38,523 bases of DNA from a virus. Lineage: Duplodnaviria; Heunggongvirae; Uroviricota; Caudoviricetes. Positions 30,631 through 38,523 of this stretch are shown here, piece after piece (the stretch's first letter is position 1; each line of letters opens with the position of its first letter). Made by a program: the position numbers and the translations under genes. The stretch is from IMG/VR virus record IMGVR_UViG_3300028797_000094, positions 1 through 38,523 of that record; one strand, 5' to 3'. The notes below the pieces were generated by a model, which was given only the letters and a program-made list of their open reading frames with translations, ran no database searches and was not told where the DNA came from.

Positions 30631-31767
30631 ATGAAATTATTAAACGATTATAAAGTTATTTATAGTGCTTATCGTGAAGGTGAATTACACGGTTATGCAA
30701 CTAAAAAACTTCCAGCTGCTGATGATGTAGCACTTACTTATATTAATGAAGAAGGTACTGAATTATCTGCTGAAGATATTAAAGCTATTAAATTAGTTTA
30801 TTCTAAAGGTGAATCTTTATATTATAGTTTAACAGGTTTTCCTGCAGAAGATGATCACAAGTTATTTGTATACTGTGAAGATGAATTAGTATTTGGTGAA
30901 GAAGATGCTCCTACTCCTGCTGAAAAATATCAAGTAGAAGTTGCTGCTATTACTCATGCAGTAATTACTGGTGCTGGTAAATATGCAGAAGGTGCTAATG
31001 TTAAGATTACTCTTAAAGCTGCAAATGGTTATAGATTTGCTGAAGGTAATGCACCAAAAATTAATGATGAAGATTTAGCTAAAGAAGGTAATAAATTTGT
31101 TTATGAATTTGTTATGGGAACTGAAGCTGTTTCTATTGAAATTGCAGATGTGTTAATTGAAAAAATTCCTGAACCTGTTCCTACTCCAAAATATGCAGTA
31201 ACTGTTCAAAATATTGAAGGTATGGCATTTAGTGGTACTGGAGAATTTGAAGAAGGTGAAGAAGTTACAATTTTAATTAGAACAAAGAATGGTTACCAAT
31301 GAGCTGCTGGCAATGCTCCAAAAGTAAATGGTGTAGCATTAGAAGCTGTTTCTGGTAATAAATTTAAATATACATTTAATATGCCTGCAGAAGCAGTTAC
31401 AGTTGTATTTGAAGACGTATTAATTGAAGAAATTCCTGCTCCAGCTACGCCAAAAGTTTATTATTATATGGGTGAAGACAAATTAACTGAATTTGATGCA
31501 AATAAATTTGAAGCTGAAGACTTTGATGAATCAGCAACATTTGTTGAACATACATATGCTACTTATGTAGACAGTTATTATGCAATAGCAGTTCCAGCAA
31601 GTAAACCAATTCAACATATTTATCAAAATGGTTTAGAATCATTTGATGTATTAGAAATGTTTGAAGAACACCAAATAAATGTTGGAAATGATGCTTATAG
31701 ATTATATGTTACTGTTGATATTCATGTAGCTGAAATTGAACATGATACATTCAAGTTTGTATTCTAA
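30631..31767 (+). CDS. Putative capsid decoration/surface protein B with two tandem InlB-B-repeat-like beta domains (378 aa, 1 TGA)
   Basis: Same N-terminal domain. Repeats YQVEV..GAGKYAEGANVKI..NGY..YEFVM and YAVTV..GTGEFEEGEEVTI..NGY..YTFNMP. Confidence 0.6.
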
Positions 31768-31809
31768 TAAAATAATAATTTAATAAAAATAAAAATTTAT
31801 AAAAAGATA

Positions 31810-31821
31810 TTTGCTAAATTA
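31810..31821 (+). promoter_or_regulatory. TTTGCTAAATTA motif copy 7
   Basis: Upstream of the protease-capsid operon; extends as TTTGCTAAATTAATAGTAAA, like the copy at 6668. Confidence 0.7.
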
Positions 31822-31844
31822 ATAGTAAAAAGGAGAAATCCAAA

Positions 31845-33650
31845 ATGGCTAAAGATTATAAAAATATTATGGAAGCCTTTAAGATGATGCCTCTTTCAGA
31901 AGATGAAAAAAGCAAGCGTCATATTTTAGGTAGACTTTTTGGACCAATCGCAACAACTAAAGATAGTACTCGTAATGGTAGATTTTATAATGCACAATTA
32001 TGGGAATCTGCATTAAAAGATGAAATCTTCTTAGAAAAAGTTGCAACAAAGAGTTTATTCTTAGAGTTAGGCCATCCAACAGATAGAGAAGAAATTGATA
32101 TGTCTAAAGCATGTGCCTGCATTCCAGAAGTACCTAAGATTGTAAATGGCGACTTATATGCTTATGTTGATATTCTTGATACACCTAATGGTCGTATTTT
32201 AAAAACATTATGTGATTATGGATTCCAACCTGGTATTAGTTCACGTGGTTCTGGTGATGTTGATATAAATAATGAAGTTGACCCAGAAACATTCTTCTTA
32301 GAAACATTTGATATCGTAGGTATTCCTGCTGTTAAAAAGGCACGTTTAGCAGTTTGCGAATCTTTAGACACTGATAATATTAAATTAAGAAAAGCTTTAA
32401 AAGAATCTTTAAATAAAGAAAAAGTTGAAGATCAAGAAATTGTTAAAGAAGCATTAAGTAATTTAAAATTTACTTTAAATGAAGATGCTGATGAACCATT
32501 TGAAGATATTGAAGTAGGCGAACCTGAAATCGTTGAACCAGATGCAGAATTTGTTGAACCTGAGTTTGATGATGAAGAAGAAGAAGGTGAAGCTCCTGCA
32601 GCTTTAGAAGAACCTGAAAATGAAATGCCTAATATCACAGTTGGTGAATTAATTGATCATTTAGATGATTTTGATAAAGAAGCTCCAGTTGAATTTGCAC
32701 CTATTGAAATTGAAGGTGTTGAATATAAAGTGGATGCTTGAAATTATGTAGCAGATGATGAAAAGCTACATATTAACTTAGATATCATTCCTGCAGAGGA
32801 AGATGATATAAATAGTGAAGAGGTTGCTGAACAACCTGAAGATGCTACTGATGAAACAGTAGTTGATGAGCCTGTTCTTGCTGGTGAAGAAAATCCTAGT
32901 GATGAAGCCATTGATGATGGAGCAGCTGAACTTATTGCAAGTTTAAAGGAAATGATTCGTCAAAAAGAAAGTCTTGAAGCTGATGCCAAAGCTCTTAAAG
33001 AAAGTGTGGCAGTTAGTGATACTAAAGTTAAGAAACTTGAAGAAGAACTTAGTCAGTACAAGAATTCATTTGCAAGATTAAGCACATTAGCAGCTGAATC
33101 AAAAGAAGCAAAGAAAGAAGTTCAAAAACTTACTGAACAATTAAACATTAAAGAACAAACAATTAAAACATTACAAACTAACCAAGCAAATGCTAAAGCA
33201 CTTACTGAAAGCGTTAATGAGCAAGCTAATAAGTCAAAAGTTCTTGCTGAGAAATTAGCTACAAGAACATCTGAACTTGAAAAAGCTCAAACTGCATTAA
33301 ATGAACAGGCTGAAAAGCATCAAGCTGAAATAGCTAAGTACACTCGTGTTGCTAAAAACTATAAAGCTAAATATCTTGAGGCTGCTCATAAATATGTAGA
33401 AATGAAAGCATCAATGCTAGGTGTCAAGACTAGTGAAATTACTAGCAGACTTAATGAAGGTTGAACTTTTGATGATGTTGATAGAGTTTGTGATAAGATG
33501 CTTGAAAGTGTAAAACCAAGTTTTGGCTTGGCACGTGACGCTAAAGTTAAATTAGTTGAATCAAGACAACCAAGAACTACAGTTAATAATGTAGATGGCG
33601 GTTATGAAATTGATGATGACTTATTAATCTTAGCAGGTTTAAAAAAATAA
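31845..33650 (+). CDS. Prohead protease (T4 gp21-like) fused to scaffold/core coiled coil (601 aa, 2 TGA)
   Basis: TRNGRFY, ELGHP, ILDTPNGRIL, GISSRGSG and FDIVGIPA, then an acidic linker, a coiled coil and C-terminal LILAGLKK. Confidence 0.9.
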
Positions 33651-33681
33651 TATAATATAAAATTTTAATAGGAGAAAAACA

Positions 33682-35001
33682 ATGAGACAAAATTTACTTG
33701 AAACTTATTCAAGACAAATTAAAGTTGCTGAAGCATATGTTGCTAAAAACTTTGATGGCAGAAATGTTTCAGATAACACTAAATTAGCTACTGCTGTATT
33801 ACTAGATAATACAAATCGTTGGATCACTGAAGCTTTAGAAGGAAGCTTTACTGATGCTACAAGACGCTCTGACTTAGGCGCATGGAAGAAATTCTGCTTA
33901 AACTTAACTAATATCGCTGTTCCATCACTAATCGCTAATGATTTAGTAATCGTTCACCCAATGACATCTTACAGTGGCTCAGTTGCATACTTAAAGTATG
34001 TTTCTAAGACTGATAAAGGTGGAATCAAAAAAGGTGATGAATTCAATAGCGTATTCCGTATGGGAGATCCTGCTCTTGATAAAGAAGCAAGAAGAGAATT
34101 CACTTCTCAAATCATCGTTGAACCTACTGGTTCTGCATTAGCTTTCGAAGCTGAAGAAAACGGTCTAGTTTACGAAGACAACAATGCAATTAAATATGCT
34201 ACTTACAAATCAATCTTCGCTGATGGTTCATTCGTTTATGGCGAAGAAATTGCTGAAGATGCAGTTAAAGTTGCATACGTTGCAAAGCAATTCCAAATGA
34301 ACTATGTTCCATCTCAAGATATCCCTACATTAGGACCAGTTATGGAACACATCGCATTAGTTGCACAACCAAGACGTATCGCTGTTAAATACGATCAAAT
34401 TAGTGCATTCCAAGCTAAAACTGATTATGGTTTCAGTCTTGACAAACAAATCGCTGAACAAGCTTGTGGTGAATTAGCATATGAAATCGATACTGAAATC
34501 GTTAATATGTTAAAAGAAGGTGCTGGTGAAGCTCTTCCTGAATTAACATTCTCTAAGACACTTCCTGTCGGCGTTTCTAAATTCGAACATTACAATGGAT
34601 TCTTAGAAGTATTTGAAGCTGCAAGAGCTATCATCTATAAGAGAACTCGTAAATTCCATCCTAACTACATGGTAATCGCAGCTGATTGCTTACAAGTATT
34701 ACGTTTCGTTAATGGTTGGTCAGCAGTTAAGAATGCTAAGATGAATGGTCCTTACAAAGTTGGTGAAATTGATGGCGTTGCTGTATACGTTTCTCCAGAA
34801 CTTGAAAAAGGTGAATTCTTCATGGGCTTAAATGGTAACGATATGATGAGCAGTGCTGGTGTTTATGCACCTTACATGGCAATCGTTCCAACTCAATTAC
34901 TTGGCACACCTGATGGTGGATTAATGCAAGGCTTCAGTACTTGGTATGCTAAAGCTTTATTAAATGAAAACTTACTAGTTGCTGGTAAGATCATTGACTA
35001 A
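33682..35001 (+). CDS. Major capsid protein, T4 gp23-like
   Basis: PSLIANDLVIVHPMTSYSG, ELAYEIDTEIV and AGVYAPY. Strong high-expression codon bias (TTC/AAC/ATC/TAC). Follows the protease-scaffold gene. Confidence 0.95.
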   Translation: MRQNLLETYSRQIKVAEAYVAKNFDGRNVSDNTKLATAVLLDNTNRWITEALEGSFTDATRRSDLGAWKKFCLNLTNIAVPSLIANDLVIVHPMTSYSGSVAYLKYVSKTDKGGIKKGDEFNSVFRMGDPALDKEARREFTSQIIVEPTGSALAFEAEENGLVYEDNNAIKYATYKSIFADGSFVYGEEIAEDAVKVAYVAKQFQMNYVPSQDIPTLGPVMEHIALVAQPRRIAVKYDQISAFQAKTDYGFSLDKQIAEQACGELAYEIDTEIVNMLKEGAGEALPELTFSKTLPVGVSKFEHYNGFLEVFEAARAIIYKRTRKFHPNYMVIAADCLQVLRFVNGWSAVKNAKMNGPYKVGEIDGVAVYVSPELEKGEFFMGLNGNDMMSSAGVYAPYMAIVPTQLLGTPDGGLMQGFSTWYAKALLNENLLVAGKIID

Positions 35002-35023
35002 TTGATCCAAGTAGACTAAATTT

Positions 35024-35054
35024 AAAAGGCATATCTTAGGATATGTCTTTTTTT
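35024..35054 (+). terminator. Intrinsic terminator after capsid gene
   Basis: AAAAGGCATATC-ttag-GATATGTCTTTT followed by a T-run. Confidence 0.8.
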
Positions 35055-35067
35055 ATACTCATTTATA

Positions 35068-35079
35068 TTTGCTAAATTA
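35068..35079 (+). promoter_or_regulatory. TTTGCTAAATTA motif copy 8
   Basis: Between the capsid terminator and the glycosyltransferase gene. Confidence 0.7.
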
Positions 35080-35096
35080 TCTGAAAGGTGAAACCT

Positions 35097-36779
35097 ATGG
35101 TAAATTTATTCTATTGAAATGATATTATTAATGCTGGCGACTACTATGCACAATGATTAGCTACTAAGCTATATAAAGAAGTTAAATATAGTCGCAGACC
35201 AAATCTAGTTATTACTGGTTCTATCTTAAGTTGAAATGAACTTAATAATAGTACTATTGTTTGGGGTAGTGGTTTACATAATAGTAATATAAATGAGTAT
35301 TGTAGAATAACAAATAAATCTAATTTTAAAGCTGTCCGTGGTCATTTAACAGCTAAAAAATTACAACTTAATAATATAACTGTTGGTGACCCAGGCATAT
35401 TAATTTCTAAATATTATAAAGCAAAAAATTGTATTAGTAGAAAAAGATATTGCTTAGTTTGTCATTGGAAAGACTATGAAGAATGTAAAAAATTATATAG
35501 TTCTTATATAGATGTTATTAGTATGGGCACTACTAATATTGAGGCACTTGCTGATACTTTAAATAAATATGAATTAGTATTATCTACTTCATTACATGGA
35601 ATAATTTTTGCTCACAGTTATAATATTCCTGCAATTCATGTTGAATTTAATAAGCTTGAAAGTATAGATGATTTTAAATATAAAGATTATTATTCAACAA
35701 TAGATATTAAATATGAAAAGAAAACTTTAACTAAAACTTTATCAAAAGATTTAACTATTTTTAAAAATCTATATCAAAATAAAAATCTATACAAACCATC
35801 ACAAGATTGTATTAAAACTCTTCAAAATAATTTAATAAAAGTTTTACCAACAGAACAAGATTTAAATCCAAAATATAATGCAGTATTATGTGCTATTGCA
35901 AAAAATGAAAATAATTATATTAATGACTGAGTTGAATATTATTTAAATCTTGGTTTTGATCATATTTATTTATTTGATAATAATGATTCTAGCACACCTT
36001 GAGTTGGTGGAAGAATTAAACAAATAGATAAAGTTACTGTCTTTAATGTTAATAATCAACATATAAAAGGTATGCAATTAAAATGTTATAATAATTTCTA
36101 TAAACAGTTTCGTAATAACTTTAATTGAGCTTTATTCTGTGATATAGATGAATATTTAACAGGAATTGAAAATATAAATACTTTTTTAGATAATAGAAAA
36201 TTTAAAAACTTTGAAATGATAAGAGTTAAGTGAAAACTTTTTGGCGATGATGATTTAATTGATCGTAATAGACAAATACCAATTTATAAAGCACTTACAA
36301 AAGTTATTATAAATAATTCTTTGTCAAATCAAGGAAAATGTTTTGTACGTGGAAGCTTAACAAATATTTGTGTTGGCTCTTGCCATTATGCTTTCCGTGG
36401 AGATTGAGATATTAATAATTTAGAAAAAAGAGATTTAGAAAAGACTACAACTGTTTTAACTGAATGCTTACCTTCTGGTATTATTTGTAATAGTAGAATT
36501 AGTATTAAAGAAGATTATTCTAATGAAACTGTTTATTTAAATCACTATATGACTAAAACCTTGGCTGAATTTTTAGAACAAAAGTTTAATCGTGGTGATG
36601 CTTGTTTTGATACTAAACAAATATCACTTGATTATTATTGACAATTAAATAAAAAGACAGAAGAAAAACTAAACTTTGCTAAAAATTATTTTAAAACTAT
36701 TCAAAAAGAAATAAAACCTGCAAAGAAACCAGCTAAAACATATTTTGGTGGGGCTAATTCTTATTTTAGAGGCTGATAA
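35097..36779 (+). CDS. Polysaccharide pyruvyltransferase (ExoV-like) fused to GT-A glycosyltransferase (GT2/GT92-like) (560 aa, about 10 TGA)
   Basis: N-domain: FY(W)..NAGD, GSIL, VWGSG, AVRGHLT, GDPG, STSLHGIIFAHSYNIP. C-domain: CAIAKNEN.YIND(W)VEYYLNLGFDHIYLFDNN, N(W)ALFCDIDEY, LNHYMTKT. Confidence 0.88.
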
Positions 36780-36781
36780 TT

Positions 36782-37564
36782 ATGTTAAAAAAATGTTTTG
36801 GAATACCAAGCTGACTTCCTGAAAAAGAGCCAGCACGAACACAAAGAAAAGAAAGAATAAATAGATTATTTAAACAACTAAATGATTTATGACCTGATGT
36901 TGATATATTAGTTATTGCACAAAACTGAAAAGATTTTAAGCCAATTAAAACTAATAATAAACAAATAATTAAAAAATATCCTGAACTTGGAATTTTAGGT
37001 GCAAGAAAAACTTTACAAGAAGAGTTTTTAAAATTAAAATATGATTATATTATTATGTTTGATGATGATGCTATTATTGAAACAAAAAATAATGCACATA
37101 TTAAATATATGGAATTATTAGACAAATACCCACAGGGTTTTTGCTTTATGCCTGGAAAAAATAGCAATTATCATCCATATTGTGCAGCTCAATTAAACCT
37201 TTGTGCTATATCAAGATTTATTTATGAGCAAGAACCTATGGTAGATATTGATCCGCAAAAGGATGAGGGCTTTGAAGACAGTATTTATGCTTGTTTATTA
37301 TATCAAAAGTGAAATAAATATGAATTTAAGCCTCCAGTTGATATAAGATGCACACAATTTCTAAATACTAAAGAACAAGCACCATCAACTTGAGCACATA
37401 TTCCTGGAAAAATACGACCATTTACCAAAATGATAAGAAATACTAATGCTATTCAAGCATATATTACTAAGTATAAAAAGATGCCAAAAGATCTTAAAGC
37501 TTTCTTAGAAGAAAAAGAAGAAAAGAAGACATCTTATAGCTATAGCTCATATATTGGTTTCTAA
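36782..37564 (+). CDS. GT-A-fold glycosyltransferase (260 aa, 5 TGA)
   Basis: FGIPS(W), GILGARKTL, YDYIIMFDDDA (DxD) and GFEDS. Confidence 0.75.
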
Positions 37565-37565
37565 T

Positions 37566-37609
37566 AAAACGCGATTTAAGGCTTAAAATTTAGCCTGTAT
37601 CGCGTTTTT
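37566..37609 (+). terminator. Putative intrinsic terminator
   Basis: AAAACGCGAT..AGGCT..AGCCT..ATCGCGTTTT long stem. Confidence 0.7.
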
Positions 37610-37670
37610 ATTCATTTTATATAAGCTTATTAGCCTGTTAATATTTAATTATTATTTTATTAAATTATTA

Positions 37671-37682
37671 TTTGCTAAATTA
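37671..37682 (+). promoter_or_regulatory. TTTGCTAAATTA motif copy 9
   Basis: Intergenic. Confidence 0.65.
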
Positions 37683-37748
37683 TACGTAAAATAAGTTTTT
37701 TGAAAAAATTGAAAATATTTTCATTTTCTTTCAAAATGCTATAATATA

Positions 37749-37760
37749 TTTGCTAAATTA
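37749..37760 (+). promoter_or_regulatory. TTTGCTAAATTA motif copy 10
   Basis: Intergenic, upstream of ATG 37789, preceded by TGCTATAAT (37737-37745). Confidence 0.7.
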
Positions 37761-37788
37761 ATTGATTGATTTGGAGGTATTAAACTAT

Positions 37789-38517
37789 ATGACAATGGTT
37801 GACCTACTCGAAGAAATCAAACTAGAATTAACAGGTGGAGTTCTTGAACTTGAAATTGAAGATTCTACTATAGAATTAATTATTAAACAGAGTTTAAGAG
37901 AACTTGATAAGTATTATGATGATACTTCAATGGTTACTGTACCTTTTAGTTCATGTATTGATTTATCTGGATCTGAGTTAGATTTAAAAGACAAAGTAAA
38001 TCACATTGTAAAAATCTATAGAACAGAAGCTATGGGTGCTGCTGCTGGAGAAAATGCATATAATGACCCACTTTATATGCAACAATGAATGATATTCAGT
38101 AGTGGTGCAGGAACAATGTATTCTTTAAAAGATTATGTTATGAACTATGCTGCCTATGCTGAATTAAATAGACTTAAGAACACAATGTCAACTGACTTGT
38201 CTTTTAAGCTTGACAAGATTAATAATAAATTATATATAAATAGTACACTAAGTAAACCTTGGGCTGTTACTATTGAATATGTTCCTAAACTTACACAAGT
38301 AGAACAAATAAAAGAAGAATATTGAATTGATGTTTTACAAAGACTTGCTCTTGCAAGAACTAAAATTGTTTTAGGAAGAATTAGAACACGTTTCACACAA
38401 TCAAATGCATTATGAACAATGGATGGTGAAACATTATTAAATGAAGGAAATACAGAAAAGAAAGAACTAGAAGATATGCTAATTGCTAATAGCAATTTAA
38501 TAGCTTATGTAGATTAA
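37789..38517 (+). CDS. Neck/head-completion protein, T4 gp13-like (242 aa, 3 TGA)
   Basis: GGAGG RBS. IKLELTGGVLELEIED, then Y(W)IDVLQRLALARTKIVLGRIRTRF..TMDGETLLNEG..EKKELEDML. Confidence 0.8.
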
Positions 38518-38523
38518 AAACAA

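Noticed and set aside
6668-37760. TTTGCTAAATTA repeats as a CRISPR array or insertion-element ends
   Set aside because: The copies are 12 bp, kilobases apart, non-palindromic and positioned like promoters, with no cas or transposase genes.
472-38495. Minus-strand ORFs in the track (e.g. 472-654, 6281-6571, 15257-15535, 32432-32638, 38154-38495)
   Set aside because: They are Ser/Phe/Leu-rich antisense shadows of Glu/Lys-rich plus-strand genes, with no RBS or motifs.
10763-38517. Mass pseudogenisation or a decayed prophage suggested by the fragmented ORF track
   Set aside because: All breaks are TGA in one frame. I found no frameshifts or internal TAA/TAG, and catalytic motifs are intact.
1351-38517. 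TGA as Gly (table 25) or selenocysteine
   Set aside because: TGA falls where Trp or another aromatic is expected (GT, ExoV-like, neck and NTase motifs), and it is far too frequent for Sec.
1-38523. tRNA (including a UCA suppressor), rRNA, introns or inteins
   Set aside because: No cloverleaf-sized GC-rich intergenic segment was seen, and terminase, topA and capsid lack large insertions. A tRNAscan-SE/Infernal run would be needed to exclude them formally.

Overview
An AT-rich, entirely plus-strand segment of a large T4-like (myovirus-type) bacteriophage genome that uses an alternative genetic code, with TGA read as Trp (table 4). The supplied ORF track is fragmented because it treats TGA as stop. 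Re-reading by hand with TGA=W joins the fragments into about 31 genes that all end in TAA or TAG. In order, they are: SbcD/SbcC (gp47/gp46-like) nuclease pair; a candidate sigma-like and Mor-like regulator pair; small hypothetical genes; a catalytically degenerate peptide deformylase; a ribbon-helix-helix protein; topoisomerase IA; a MoxR AAA+/HExxH metallopeptidase/vWA triad; three very large multi-domain proteins (ferritin-like, Zn-ribbon, nucleotidyltransferase, Nudix and SWIM domains separated by recurring L-x-E motifs); terminase; portal; PhoH; two paralogous decoration-like proteins; a prohead protease-scaffold fusion; major capsid protein; two glycosyl/pyruvyl-transferase genes; and a gp13-like neck protein. 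A 12-bp motif, TTTGCTAAATTA, occurs 10 times, always intergenic and on the + strand, and is the likely phage-specific promoter. The most notable candidates are (i) protease-processed head 'cargo polyproteins', (ii) non-random TGA placement suggesting translational gating, (iii) the promoter motif with its candidate regulators, and (iv) capsid-linked pyruvylated glycosylation. All functional calls come from manual motif recognition, and codon counts are hand counts. No database searches were run.
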